Assembly (NCBI GenBank): GCA_963794325.1
Contig: CAWCDG010000004.1
Coordinates: 544,001-608,000, forward strand
Source: an uncultured delta proteobacterium
GTDB taxonomy: Bacteria; Desulfobacterota; Binatia; Binatales; Binataceae
Direction of reading: 5' to 3'
Length of the DNA: 64,000 nucleotides
Of this stretch, positions 36,948 to 46,936 are shown one piece after another (position 1 is the first letter of the stretch; each line of letters opens with the position of its first letter). A program made the position numbers and the translations under genes. The notes under the pieces are model-generated. The model worked only from the letters and a program-made list of their open reading frames with translations, was not told the origin of the DNA and searched no databases.

Positions 36948-37772
36948 TCAGTCGCCCTTGATCAGGCGATGGATCGCGCTCAGGTGGCGCTGCGAGTCGC
37001 GTTTGCGGCCGGCCGCTTCGTACATCTCGGCTGCGTTGCGATGCGCTTCGACATTGGCGGGATCGCATTCGAGCGTGCGCTGAAAACTCCGCAGCGCGTT
37101 CTGATACTCTTCTTTTTTTCGATAGAGGAGACCGAGCTTCAGATGCACCTCGGCGCTGGCGGGAACGATAGCGGCGGCGCCCAGCAGATGACGCAACGCG
37201 CCGGCCAGATCTCCTTCACGTTCGAGCAGTGTGGCGAGGCGCATGTGCGCCTCGAAGTTGCCAGGTTCACGACCGACCAGCTCGCTGTAGATTGTCAGAG
37301 CTTTAAGCGGATCCTCGTCAGCAACCCGGCGTGCTTCTTCGAAACGCTCTCGCACCCGGGCCGGCCCGAAACTGTCCTCGAGTTTGCCGGGCTGATAGCT
37401 GCGATCGAAGTCGAAGATCAACTGTCCCGTCTCAACCTCGATGAGCGAGGGACCGTCGCGCACGACGATGCGGCCTTCATCGTTAACCAGTTTCAGCGAG
37501 GTGACCGAGCGATCCGGATCGACGAGCGTACGCACCCGCTCGAGAGTCCGCTGAATCGGATCGATATGCTGGCGTGAGCCGAGCAGTTCCTTGGCCAGGC
37601 GCATCTCGAGCAGATCGTTGAACGCGAACCGATAATTGCGGCCGCCGAGATTCAGCGGGCGCACGAGATTGCGCTTGACCCAGTAGCGAATACGCTCGGG
37701 CGTGACCGCGAGAATCCTCGCAGCCGTGCGCGTGGAAAAAGTCTCGCCCCCGCCGCCCGCCTCTGCCGTCAT
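36948..37772 (-). CDS. MerR-type HTH plus tetratricopeptide repeat protein
   Basis: FSTRTAARILAVTPERIRYW HTH; ETGQLIFDF; TPRs (AEVHLKLGLLY, EAHRNAA). Confidence 0.82.
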   Translation of the reverse strand: MTAEAGGGGETFSTRTAARILAVTPERIRYWVKRNLVRPLNLGGRNYRFAFNDLLEMRLAKELLGSRQHIDPIQRTLERVRTLVDPDRSVTSLKLVNDEGRIVVRDGPSLIEVETGQLIFDFDRSYQPGKLEDSFGPARVRERFEEARRVADEDPLKALTIYSELVGREPGNFEAHMRLATLLEREGDLAGALRHLLGAAAIVPASAEVHLKLGLLYRKKEEYQNALRSFQRTLECDPANVEAHRNAAEMYEAAGRKRDSQRHLSAIHRLIKGD

Positions 37773-37865
37773 CTTCACCACCAACGCCGACGAGTATAGG
37801 GAGTCGCGGGCATGCTCTCAACGAGGCGTGCGCGGTTTCTTAACACCTGTGGAGTGATCAGCGTG

Positions 37866-38279
37866 CTAGCCGCGAATTTCCTTGAGTACGCGAATAACAC
37901 CGACTACTGCGTTGACGCCGTTTTTTGCGTTTTCGATTCGCGCAACGGCCTGCTCGTCGGTCATCGCGGGTCCGATGATCGAGAGGCCGACGGGCTTGTC
38001 GAACTCGAGCGACAGCTCGATGCCGGCGCGGGCGATCGCATGCGCGATCACTTCATCGTGATTAGTCTCGCCCTTGATCACTGCGCCAATCATCACGACG
38101 CCTTCGATTTCCTTGCGCTGCAGCAGAGCTTTCACGACCGACGCCATGTCGTACACACCGGGGACGCGGACTACTCGCGCGACTTCGACGCCGAGCGACT
38201 CGGCATGGCGGCGCGCCCGCTGTTCCATCGGGGTGGTCACCTCGGAGTTGAACTCTGAAACTACGAACGCGATTTTCAT
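37866..38279 (-). CDS. ribH: 6,7-dimethyl-8-ribityllumazine synthase (archaeal-like sequence)
   Basis: [29 protein letters not shown]. Confidence 0.9.
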   Translation of the reverse strand: MKIAFVVSEFNSEVTTPMEQRARRHAESLGVEVARVVRVPGVYDMASVVKALLQRKEIEGVVMIGAVIKGETNHDEVIAHAIARAGIELSLEFDKPVGLSIIGPAMTDEQAVARIENAKNGVNAVVGVIRVLKEIRG

Positions 38280-39085
38280 ATTTTCACTGAGGAATCCAGG
38301 TCCACGCTGACGGCGTCGCGAATCTCGACGCCGTTGCCTTTGAGATATGACTTCAACGCGGGAATCGGATGCTCGCCGTAGTGAACGATCGATGCGACGA
38401 TAGCGGCGTCGGCCACTCCCGCGGTGAACGCGTCGCGCAGATGTGCCGGCTCGCCCGCGCCGCCCGACGCGATCACCGGAATCGAAACTGCCTCGCTGAT
38501 GCGGCGGGTGATCTCGAGATCGTAGCCGAGCTTGGTGCCGTCGCGATCGATCGAGTTGATGCACAGCTCGCCGGCGCCGAGGCGTTGACCCTCGAGCGAC
38601 CATGCCAGCGCGTCGCGGCCGGTCGGCTGGCGTCCGCCGTCGATCACGACTTCGTAACCGGTCGGCACTTCGTGACGGACGCCGGTTTTTTTCACTTGCA
38701 TCGAGAGCACGATGCACTGGCTGCCGAACGCGCGCGCGCCCTCGGAGATCAGCGCCGGATCGCGGACCGCGCCGGAGTCGATCGAGACTTTCTCTGCGCC
38801 CGCGAGCAGGACGGCGCGCATGTCTTCGAGAGAGCGGAGTCCGCCGCCGACGCTGAACGGAATGAAAATCTCGCGAGCTACCGCGCGAACCACGTCGAGC
38901 ATGATACCGCGGCGCTCGTTGGACGCGGTGATGTCGTAGAAGACGATCTCATCGGCGCCTTCGGTGTAGTAGTAACGCGCCATCGCAACCGGATCGCCGA
39001 CATCGACGTTCTTCAGGAACTGCACACCCTTGGTGACCTTGCCGTCGCGAACGTCGAGGCATGGGATGATTCGCTTCGCAAGCAT
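38276..39085 (-). CDS. hisF: Imidazole glycerol phosphate synthase cyclase subunit
   Basis: [41 protein letters not shown]. Confidence 0.96.
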   Translation of the reverse strand: MLAKRIIPCLDVRDGKVTKGVQFLKNVDVGDPVAMARYYYTEGADEIVFYDITASNERRGIMLDVVRAVAREIFIPFSVGGGLRSLEDMRAVLLAGAEKVSIDSGAVRDPALISEGARAFGSQCIVLSMQVKKTGVRHEVPTGYEVVIDGGRQPTGRDALAWSLEGQRLGAGELCINSIDRDGTKLGYDLEITRRISEAVSIPVIASGGAGEPAHLRDAFTAGVADAAIVASIVHYGEHPIPALKSYLKGNGVEIRDAVSVDLDSSVKI

Positions 39086-39087
39086 CG

Positions 39088-39708
39088 TCAGAAATCCAAC
39101 CGGCAGAAGTTGTCGAGCAGCTTGAGGCCGGCGGCGCCACTTTTTTCGAGATGGAATTGAGTGGCGATCACGTTGTCGCGCGCGACCGCCGCAGTGAATG
39201 GAACGCCGTAGTCGCACGTGCCGATCGCGATCGATGGGTCGTCGGGAATCGGATAATAGGAATTGACGAAATAGAAGTGGGTGTTGTCGGGCACGCCGGC
39301 GAAGACGCGATGCGGCCGCGCCTGGCGGACGCGGTTCCATCCGATTTGCGGAACCTTCAGGGGGCGGCCGTCGAGCGACCGCGGATAACGAACGACGCGA
39401 CCGGCGAGAATGCCGAGGCATTCGGCGCTGTCCTCTTCGCTGCGATCGAACAGCACCTGGATCCCGATGCAGATGCCGAGGAAGGGCTTGCCGGCGCGTG
39501 CGACATCGTTGCGCAGAACTTCGACGAGTCCGAGCGCGCGCAGATTTTCCATCGTGGCGCCGGCCGCGCCGACGCCGGGAAGGATCACGCGGTCCGCGGC
39601 GACGATGCGCTCGGGGCGATCGGTAATCTCGGATTTGTGGCCGAGGAATTCGAGCGCGCGCTGAACGCTGGTCAGGTTGCCGGCCTTGTAATCGACGATT
39701 GCAATCAT
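39088..39708 (-). CDS. hisH: Imidazole glycerol phosphate synthase glutaminase subunit
   Basis: [29 protein letters not shown]. Confidence 0.95.
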   Translation of the reverse strand: MIAIVDYKAGNLTSVQRALEFLGHKSEITDRPERIVAADRVILPGVGAAGATMENLRALGLVEVLRNDVARAGKPFLGICIGIQVLFDRSEEDSAECLGILAGRVVRYPRSLDGRPLKVPQIGWNRVRQARPHRVFAGVPDNTHFYFVNSYYPIPDDPSIAIGTCDYGVPFTAAVARDNVIATQFHLEKSGAAGLKLLDNFCRLDF

Positions 39709-39728
39709 CGCTGGAATCCAGAGAAAGC

Positions 39729-39761
39729 GATCATAGCTGGAGTCGTATCGCCACCCAAGGC
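39729..39761 (-). promoter_or_regulatory. Duplicated promoter, copy 1 (upstream of hisH)
   Basis: 31/33 identical to 40123-40155; TTGGGT-17nt-TATGAT on the minus strand. Confidence 0.7.
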
Positions 39762-39811
39762 ATCCAGGTCGGCATCGTCGAAGAGTCGTGCGTCTTGCGG
39801 AAGTGGAGATC

Positions 39812-40117
39812 TCAGTCCGGATTCTTGCCTTCGACCGAGTTCTCAAGAACCGCGCCAGTCTTCGCGTCGATTCCGACTTCGTGCTTCTCAGTGTGGTGGC
39901 GAATGACGAACGAGTATCGGAGTCCGCTGCCGCCGGATTCCTTTTCGAGTTCCTCAGAGACGATCTTCCCCGGAAAGGTCTTAAGCGCGGTTTCGCGAGC
40001 CTGCGGCAGCGTTACGCTCGCCTCGGGAAGATACTTTTCACCGTCAAAGGCAAAGGCAGTCCCAGACAAAACCGTCGCAATCAGAGTGCCGATCAATACT
40101 CTACGATATGCAGCCAT
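39812..40117 (-). CDS. PepSY domain-containing secreted protein
   Basis: Signal peptide; ARETALKTFPGKIVSEELEKE...EVGIDAKTGAVL. Confidence 0.88.
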   Translation of the reverse strand: MAAYRRVLIGTLIATVLSGTAFAFDGEKYLPEASVTLPQARETALKTFPGKIVSEELEKESGGSGLRYSFVIRHHTEKHEVGIDAKTGAVLENSVEGKNPD

Positions 40118-40122
40118 GATCG

Positions 40123-40155
40123 GATCATAGCTGGAGTCGCATCGACACCCAAGGC
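40123..40155 (-). promoter_or_regulatory. Duplicated promoter, copy 2 (leaderless start of the PepSY gene)
   Basis: TTGGGT-17nt-TATGAT ending 6 nt before ATG 40117. Confidence 0.7.
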
Positions 40156-40189
40156 GGCGGGTGCAGGCTGACGAAGAGCGAATCGCGAT

Positions 40190-42232
40190 TTAGATTTCCG
40201 CGCGGATGTCCTGCTGGTCGGAGAGGACGCGGACGTTTACGTGATGCTCGTCCGAGTTGCCGAGCGATCCCCAGTGCATCGCGAAGTTCTCGAGCTGGAC
40301 GTCGGGGTTGAAGCGCTCCGAGACGCCCATCACGACTTCGTCAACGCTTAGAAGAAACGCCATGCGGGCGATCGCATAGACCTGATCGTTGGAGACGACC
40401 ACCAGCGGGGTGACGGCGCGTCCATGATCCTCGCAAACCTTAACCACCTTACTGAACAGTTTACCCTCGGCGTCGCTGAAGATCTGTCCGCCGTCGCTGG
40501 AGGCAAGTCCCTTCTCGGTTCGAACCGTCAGCGCGATCAACTCAGCACTGTCACGCTCGGACAAATAGCGATGCAGATGCGCGAGGTTGTTCGGATCGCG
40601 AATAGCAATCAGCTTCTTCTGCGGCCCGAACAGGCCGAGACCGATCGAATCGACCTGGCTTTCCTCGATCAGTTGCAAGTTAAATTTCTCGGGCTCCTCG
40701 CCGTAGGCGTGCGCGGCCTGCCCGTTGATTTTTTCCGAAATCAGGAAAATCACGAACAGGCCGAGCGTGAAGCTGATGCCCGAGATTGTTGCGACCTCCT
40801 TGGTGAACAGATTGATCACCGCGGTCGCGAACAAAACCAGAAAGGTGAGTGCGAGACCCAGCGGAAAGTCCTTGCCCCACGGACGGAACCATTTCAGATT
40901 CAGCGGCATCCGCCACAGGCGATGATACTGATCCTTGTAGCGCAGGATCAGGACCGACAGCGTTTTGAAGACGAAGCTCCAGATGACGCCGAATGCGTAG
41001 GCCTCGCCCAGCACGAACATATCGCCGCGGGACAAAACGATCGTGGCAATCTGGAGCATCGCGACCATGTTCACGATGCGATAATTGGTGCCGTATTTCT
41101 TATGCGGATGACGGAACCAGTCGAGCAGCACCCCGTCTTCCGCGACGCGCGTGAGCACGCCGGTCGAGCCGACAATCGCGGTGTTAACGGCCCCGGCAAG
41201 AATCAGGAATCCAACGAAGACGACGAATGTGCGCAATGCGAGTCGCGCCCACAGCGGTCCGACCATGAACATCGCGAGACCGCCGATCAGGTCGTCGCCG
41301 TAATTGGACATACGGACGCTGTCGGGGATGATCATGACGGCAAAGAACGAGACCAGCGAGGTCAGCAGCAGGCTGTAAATGAAGATCACGAGGCCGGTGC
41401 GCAGCAGGTTTTTGAGTTTGGGCGCCTCGATCTCACGATTGATTTGTGCGAGAGATTCTTCACCCGACATCGCGAGGATCGAATGGCCGAACGCGATCAG
41501 AATTCCCAAGGTGCCAATAGTGCGCGCACCGGGAAAATGCTTGAGCCATCCGAGCGAGTCGTCGGTGAACTTCAATTCGAAGGGCGGCATATGCGCGCCA
41601 CGCATGAAAATCGTCAGCCCGCACCATCCGATCATCAGCACGGCCATCACGGTCGTGACCTGCATGATGCGCATCGCTTTGCCGCTCGATTCCTCGATGC
41701 CGAGAATGTTCTGACGCCAGAAATATACGGTCACGGCGATGGCGAAGAAGGCGGCGGCGAAATCCGGCGGCAGAATGATGCTGGAATGCGCCAGCTTAAG
41801 CAGTTCGTTGATCAAGCCGACCAGGTATTGGCCGGCGGAGACGCCGCTTATCGGCCCGGTCAGGATGTAGTCGAACATCAGAGCCGACACCGAGATTTTT
41901 GCCAACGTCGAGCCCATCGCTTCCTTGACGACGCGATAGACGCCGCCGCGGGTGAACATCGAGCACGACTCGACATAGACCGCGCGCACCGCGTACGAGA
42001 ACAGCATGACGGCGAGGATGAAATACGGCGCCGAGCGACCGCACGCCTGCTCGACGATGCCGCCGATGTAGTAGGCCGTCGAGGCGAGGTCGCACAGCAC
42101 GATCGCGGACGCTCGCCAGAACGAAATGAAGGCGAGCATCCCGGTGGTTACTACGATTGCTTTAGTTTGTTTGCCGAAGGTCGCCTGCGGCTGATGCCGC
42201 TCGGCGTCGAAGACTTTTGGAGTCGCAGCCAA
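40190..42232 (-). CDS. APC family permease with a C-terminal cytoplasmic domain (KimA/YdaO-like, possibly K+ transport)
   Basis: CDLASTAYY, GGVYRVVKE, FDYILTGPIS, AMSGEES, AYAFGV; TTG start with GGGGAG SD. Confidence 0.85.
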   Translation of the reverse strand: MAATPKVFDAERHQPQATFGKQTKAIVVTTGMLAFISFWRASAIVLCDLASTAYYIGGIVEQACGRSAPYFILAVMLFSYAVRAVYVESCSMFTRGGVYRVVKEAMGSTLAKISVSALMFDYILTGPISGVSAGQYLVGLINELLKLAHSSIILPPDFAAAFFAIAVTVYFWRQNILGIEESSGKAMRIMQVTTVMAVLMIGWCGLTIFMRGAHMPPFELKFTDDSLGWLKHFPGARTIGTLGILIAFGHSILAMSGEESLAQINREIEAPKLKNLLRTGLVIFIYSLLLTSLVSFFAVMIIPDSVRMSNYGDDLIGGLAMFMVGPLWARLALRTFVVFVGFLILAGAVNTAIVGSTGVLTRVAEDGVLLDWFRHPHKKYGTNYRIVNMVAMLQIATIVLSRGDMFVLGEAYAFGVIWSFVFKTLSVLILRYKDQYHRLWRMPLNLKWFRPWGKDFPLGLALTFLVLFATAVINLFTKEVATISGISFTLGLFVIFLISEKINGQAAHAYGEEPEKFNLQLIEESQVDSIGLGLFGPQKKLIAIRDPNNLAHLHRYLSERDSAELIALTVRTEKGLASSDGGQIFSDAEGKLFSKVVKVCEDHGRAVTPLVVVSNDQVYAIARMAFLLSVDEVVMGVSERFNPDVQLENFAMHWGSLGNSDEHHVNVRVLSDQQDIRAEI

Positions 42233-42294
42233 GTATGAATCTCCCCGAGCAAACGCCGAAAATGCGGCGTTGCCAGGCAATTCAAAGTGCAAGA

Positions 42295-42393
42295 TGCAGA
42301 CCGCAATGAATCCGCATGATCCTGCTGTTGTTTAAAAAGCTGGAAGTGCGTACCGCAATGGCGTTGGCGGATGGAGCCATGCAATCTGCAATG
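42295..42393. promoter_or_regulatory. Three direct repeats TGC-N4-YGCAATG (candidate activator sites)
   Basis: TGCAGACCGCAATG (42295), TGCGTACCGCAATG (42347), TGCAATCTGCAATG (42380) in the divergent intergenic region. Confidence 0.55.
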
Positions 42394-42472
42394 TTACGAG
42401 AACTAAGGGCTCTTGATGCTGCCGACCTGTCGAGCGGTAGAATGCAAACTGTGCAGCTAACCGGGGAATCGC

Positions 42473-43801
42473 TTGGCTAACATTCTCGTCGTCGATGACG
42501 ACCGCAATATTCGCCGCACTCTGGCGGCGAGTCTCGAGTCCGCGAAACATCAAGTGACGGTGGCGGAAAGCGCCGAGCATGCGCTGGAACTATTTGGCCC
42601 GTCGGCGCCAGCGGTGGTCGTGACCGACGTTCGAATGGAAGGGATGGGCGGGCTCAAGCTGCTCGAATCGATCAAGCGGCTCAATCCTGCGATGCCGGTG
42701 GTGATGATGACGGCATTCGGATCAATTCCCGACGCGGTCGAAGCGATGCGCCAGGGGGCGTACGACTATGTCACCAAGCCGTTCACCGCGGATCATATCG
42801 TGCACGTCGTCGCGCGCGCGCTCGAGGTGCAAGAACTGCGGGCCGAGAACAAGGAGCTGCGCGATCGAATCGAGAACCTGACCGAGCCCGAGCCGTTTCT
42901 CACGTACAGTCCGCATTCGCGAAAGGTGGCGGAGACGGCGGCACAGGTCGCAGACAGCGACGCGACCGCTTTAATCACCGGCGAAAGCGGCACCGGCAAG
43001 AGCATGCTGGCGTCGTACATCCATCGTTTGAGTCCGCGCAAGAACGGCCCCTTCGTGCAGGTCGCGTGCACGACTCTCAGCGAGCATCTGCTGGAGAGTG
43101 AGCTGTTCGGGCACGTGCGCGGTTCGTTTACCGGCGCGATAAAAGACAAGCCCGGACGTCTCGAAGCGGCCGAGGGCGGGACGGTGCTGCTCGACGAGAT
43201 CGGCGACCTGACGCCGGTGGTTCAATCGAAGCTGCTGCGTTTTCTGCAGGAGCGGACGTTCGAGCGGGTGGGCGGCGCACAGACGATCAAAGTCGATGCG
43301 AGAATTATTGCGGCGACCAATCAGCATCTCGAGCAATTGGTCAAGGAAAAGCGCTTCCGCGAGGATCTTTATTATCGGCTCAACGTGATCGAACTGCAGG
43401 TGCCGGCGCTGCGCGATCGGCCGGGCGAAATCCTGAAGCTGGCAGAACACTTCGCCGCGCAGGCCGCAGAGACGCATCACAAGCCCGCGCATTCGATAGC
43501 AGCAGAGGCGCGCGAGGCGCTGGTCTCCTACGCGTGGCCGGGCAATATCCGTGAATTGCGCAACGTGATGGAGCGCGCGGTAATCCTGAGCCGCGGCGAG
43601 ACGATCGCGCTGAGCGATCTGCCCGACAAAATTCTCGCATCACCCGACAAGCTCGATCACAGCCACACGCTGGAGCAGATGGAACGGCGGCATATCGAAG
43701 TAGTACTCGAACAGGCGGTGACGCTGGAAGAGGCGGCCGAGATGCTGGGAATCAACGTCGCGACATTGTGGCGAAAGCGCCGGCGATACGGCCTGGACTG
43801 A
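42473..43801 (+). CDS. sigma54-dependent NtrC/AlgB-like response regulator
   Basis: Receiver; GESGTGKS, ESELFGHVRGSFTGA, FREDLYYRLNV, WPGNIREL; Fis HTH. Confidence 0.95.
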   Translation: MANILVVDDDRNIRRTLAASLESAKHQVTVAESAEHALELFGPSAPAVVVTDVRMEGMGGLKLLESIKRLNPAMPVVMMTAFGSIPDAVEAMRQGAYDYVTKPFTADHIVHVVARALEVQELRAENKELRDRIENLTEPEPFLTYSPHSRKVAETAAQVADSDATALITGESGTGKSMLASYIHRLSPRKNGPFVQVACTTLSEHLLESELFGHVRGSFTGAIKDKPGRLEAAEGGTVLLDEIGDLTPVVQSKLLRFLQERTFERVGGAQTIKVDARIIAATNQHLEQLVKEKRFREDLYYRLNVIELQVPALRDRPGEILKLAEHFAAQAAETHHKPAHSIAAEAREALVSYAWPGNIRELRNVMERAVILSRGETIALSDLPDKILASPDKLDHSHTLEQMERRHIEVVLEQAVTLEEAAEMLGINVATLWRKRRRYGLD

Positions 43802-44426
43802 CAACGGGCTTTGCGGGCGACGGTTGAAGCGTCGCCAAAATCGCAGCTGTGAACGCGGGATCGTCAAACAAACGCGCAAATGCGTCCTCCAACGATCCCT
43901 GAAGCTCGCGTGAAAAACACTTGTCAAGATAAAAGTAGGCGGTGGTGGGCGCGCCCTCGCCGCGCACGATTTTTGAATACAGAACTTTGCCGGATTGCGG
44001 CTGGACCTGAACGCGCATCGAAAGAGTCCCGCTTGCGTGAATTCCCGACATGTCGGATTCAACGACCGCCTCAAATCGGCCGAGTTGAATAACGACCAGC
44101 GCGCCGCCGTTACCGATCTTGAATCCGCGCGCTTTCAATTCAGTCTCAGCCGCCCCCTTCAGGGTGTCCACGGGGTCTTTGACGCGGGAATAATTCGTCT
44201 GTTTTATCGGATCGATCGAGTTCCAGAGCGAGTCGGACGCGGGAGCCTGTAGATCCTCCACTCTGACTTCTACCGCAATTGCGCCGGCGTCTTTAACCGG
44301 ATGCACGCTTTCCTGCGGGACGTAGTTGATCGGCTCTTCTCGTGCAGTTGCGCATCCCGCGATGAGCGATGCGGCGAAGATCATAAACGCAGCCGCGCGT
44401 AATTCGCGATAGCGATCGGAAAGCAT
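43752..44426 (-). CDS. YajG-like lipoprotein
   Basis: Lipobox LIAGC; ETELKARGF motif; 3' end overlaps the convergent regulator by 50 nt. Confidence 0.6.
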   Translation of the reverse strand: MLSDRYRELRAAAFMIFAASLIAGCATAREEPINYVPQESVHPVKDAGAIAVEVRVEDLQAPASDSLWNSIDPIKQTNYSRVKDPVDTLKGAAETELKARGFKIGNGGALVVIQLGRFEAVVESDMSGIHASGTLSMRVQVQPQSGKVLYSKIVRGEGAPTTAYFYLDKCFSRELQGSLEDAFARLFDDPAFTAAILATLQPSPAKPVVSPGRIAGAFATMSRR

Positions 44427-44551
44427 CGATAGTTCAATTATCAGTTGTTTGGGCTGCGGAAAATGGTGAGCGAAGGCGAGTGCACAGCGGCGCGCCCCTC
44501 GATGGAGCGCGCCGCGCACGGGCGAAATCCTGATGCGTTTGGTGATGCGGG

Positions 44552-44974
44552 CTAGGACTTTTTGTTCATCGCGCCTTCGAGACGGCTGTGACTCTGCACG
44601 CAAGTGCCGAGGCTGGTGAACGGATCCGGCCAGTCGTGCTTTACGCAATATGGCAGCGCCGTCATGTCGGTTTCACTGTATCCGCGCGCCGAGAGATCCT
44701 TCCTGATGCAATCGCTGTGCGCTTTGTTGGAGCCTGCAACGGCCGCGGCGTCGTCGGCAGCTTCAGTTATCAACGCGTCGCGCAGTTCGATCTTCACCTG
44801 CGGATCCTCGCTCTTGCCGAGTGAACCCGCGACGTTGCTCGACGGCCCGCAAACCCCGACCGAGTCGATAAACGCCTCTTCGAGCCCGACCGTGCTGAGA
44901 TCTTTTGCGAATCCCACACTCACCGCGGTCATCAGGATGCTGGTCGCGATCATTGCCACAGCAAATCGTTTCAT
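44552..44974 (-). CDS. Hypothetical secreted protein with four Cys
   Basis: Signal peptide MKRFAVAMIATSILMTAVSVGFA; GGAGGG SD. Confidence 0.65.
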   Translation of the reverse strand: MKRFAVAMIATSILMTAVSVGFAKDLSTVGLEEAFIDSVGVCGPSSNVAGSLGKSEDPQVKIELRDALITEAADDAAAVAGSNKAHSDCIRKDLSARGYSETDMTALPYCVKHDWPDPFTSLGTCVQSHSRLEGAMNKKS

Positions 44975-45174
44975 CACATTCGCCCTCCAGGTTGAGATGT
45001 GACCGCGTGAAAATGAAACCGGCCCCATCGTTGATGACAATACGCTTATCTGTAGAATCGACAGCCAAAAAAGTCCAGCGACCGACCCCGCGCTCCCGTT
45101 CCGCAAGGCACTCGGCTTGACGGAAACTCCCGCTTGATGAAAGTGTCGGGTCAGTCAGACCAAAGGAATCTACC

Positions 45175-46113
45175 ATGGCGAAAATTGCTCTTGCCTGCAC
45201 GATACTCCCCGACAGCCCGCCGACGCGCCTGATCGAATGGTCGCGCGCGGCGGAGGACGCGGGCTTTTCCGGCGTCTTCATGACCGAGGCGAATAACGAC
45301 TCGCTGGCATGCTCGCTCGCGCTCGGGCTTCACACCAAGCGAATCAAGCTCGGCACCGCGATCACGAACATTTATCTGCGTCATCCGAATCTGCTCGCAA
45401 ACGAAGCCGCGGCAGTCCAGGAATTTACCGGCGGCCGATTTATCCTCGGCCTCGGCACGGGGCATCGCGAAGGCAACTCCGCGCTCGGAATCGACATGGG
45501 AGTTCCGCTGACCCGGATGCGCGAAACGGTGAAGACCTTGCGCGCCATGCTCGACGGCGGCAAGACGGGGCCGCGGGTCAGCACGAAGCTTCCGCTTTAC
45601 CTGGCGGGCGTATCGCGCCCGATGGTCAAGCTGGCCGGCGAAATCGGCGACGGCGTGATCTTCAACTTCTTTCCGCCGGCGCGGGTCAAGGAAGCGCTCG
45701 GCGAGTTGGCCGATGGGGCGAAGATTGCAGGCCGCGACGTGAAACAGATTGAGCCGACGCTGTTCGCGACCGCCTTCATTTCGGATGACCTGGAGGCCGC
45801 GCGGCGTCCCGCGCGCAAGCTGCTATCTCGCTACGGCGCGCTGAAGTTCTACGGCAACATGATGGCGCATTCGGGATTCGAGCGCGAAATCGCGGCGATT
45901 CGCGCGGCGGGCCGCGATGCCGACGCGGCGATTAAAGCCGTCAGCAACGAGTTGATCGACGCGACGCTAGTGGTGGGATCGGAGGCGCGGGTTCGGGAGC
46001 GGCTGCAGGAGCTATGCGCGCCGGGAATCGGCACCGCGATCGTGTTCACGAATCCGGTCAACGAAGATCGCAACGCGGCCGTGATGCGAACGATCCGCGC
46101 GCTCAAGCAATAG
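45175..46113 (+). CDS. LLM class (possibly F420-dependent) oxidoreductase
   Basis: AEDAGF, TKRIKLGTAI, GGRFILGLGTG, LAGEIGDG. Confidence 0.88.
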   Translation: MAKIALACTILPDSPPTRLIEWSRAAEDAGFSGVFMTEANNDSLACSLALGLHTKRIKLGTAITNIYLRHPNLLANEAAAVQEFTGGRFILGLGTGHREGNSALGIDMGVPLTRMRETVKTLRAMLDGGKTGPRVSTKLPLYLAGVSRPMVKLAGEIGDGVIFNFFPPARVKEALGELADGAKIAGRDVKQIEPTLFATAFISDDLEAARRPARKLLSRYGALKFYGNMMAHSGFEREIAAIRAAGRDADAAIKAVSNELIDATLVVGSEARVRERLQELCAPGIGTAIVFTNPVNEDRNAAVMRTIRALKQ

Positions 46114-46137
46114 AGCGGCTCGCCCTTAACAGGCCGT

Positions 46138-46908
46138 CTAGGGCTGATCTTCCTGATCGCCGGCGCTTTGATCGTTGGTGTCGCGAGCCAGCGCAACGCG
46201 ATCGAAGAATCGCTTGATGCGCCGAGCGTTGACGCCGAAGTCACCGATTCCGTCGCGCGATTTCGAGCGCATCTCGATCAAGCTGGCTCCGTCCGGCGTC
46301 GGCCGTACCTGGATCACGACGTCATCGTTGAAATGCCAGAGCTTTGAAGTCGCGACGGCCTCGAGCGTATTGGTGGCCGGATCCGAATACGTAATCGTCC
46401 ACGTCGGTGAGGCCTTGGCGACTTCGGTCACGCGCGCGAACGCGTCGGCCGGGGAAAGGCGTTCCTTGATCGGACCGATCGGGCCGTAGCCCTTGAGCTG
46501 CCGGTCGGCGTATTTCGCCTTGTCGTATTTCATGTCGCGATTCGGCTCGTGCTGCAGCTTCTGCGCGTTGACGAACTCGGGTGGATTATCAAAGTCGGTC
46601 GTGATGTCGTTGATAGGCGGGTACTTGGAACTGCGCAGCACAGTCACGATCAGCGGCAGCGCGATTACGGCGCACACCACCGTGGCTATCACCGCGCGAT
46701 TACGTCCGGCGCTCGCCTGAGGTTTACGCGTCAGAAAAATCGCGAGCAGGCCGACCAGGAGGCCGATGATGCTCAGTAGAAATGCCAGCGCAAATAGCTG
46801 AAACCCCATGAATGGCGCAATCAGATGGAAGTGCGCGCCGACCATTCCCGCGGCGATCATCGCGATTGCTATAAGCGCGTCGTAGTACGCGAGCCATGCA
46901 AAAGTCAT
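46138..46908 (-). CDS. DUF1499 domain membrane protein
   Basis: Three TM helices, PPINDITTD, FNDDVVI, RSKSRDGIGDFGVNARRI. Confidence 0.88.
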   Translation of the reverse strand: MTFAWLAYYDALIAIAMIAAGMVGAHFHLIAPFMGFQLFALAFLLSIIGLLVGLLAIFLTRKPQASAGRNRAVIATVVCAVIALPLIVTVLRSSKYPPINDITTDFDNPPEFVNAQKLQHEPNRDMKYDKAKYADRQLKGYGPIGPIKERLSPADAFARVTEVAKASPTWTITYSDPATNTLEAVATSKLWHFNDDVVIQVRPTPDGASLIEMRSKSRDGIGDFGVNARRIKRFFDRVALARDTNDQSAGDQEDQP

Positions 46909-46936
46909 TCGTCTTTCCCCCGAAAGAGATTTGCGT

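Noticed and set aside
39729-40155. 33-bp direct repeats as a minimal CRISPR array or riboswitch pair
   Set aside because: Only two copies, separated by a whole gene; no cas genes; content fits a promoter
40424-42238. Long antisense ORFs (604 aa here; also 21730-23139, 32342-33586, 35032-36228, 48276-49595, 57568-58791)
   Set aside because: Antisense shadows of well-supported genes in high-GC DNA; no recognisable motifs
42233-42472. c-di-AMP (ydaO) riboswitch upstream of the KimA-like permease
   Set aside because: Only CAGCTAACC resembles it, on the wrong strand; other conserved segments are absent
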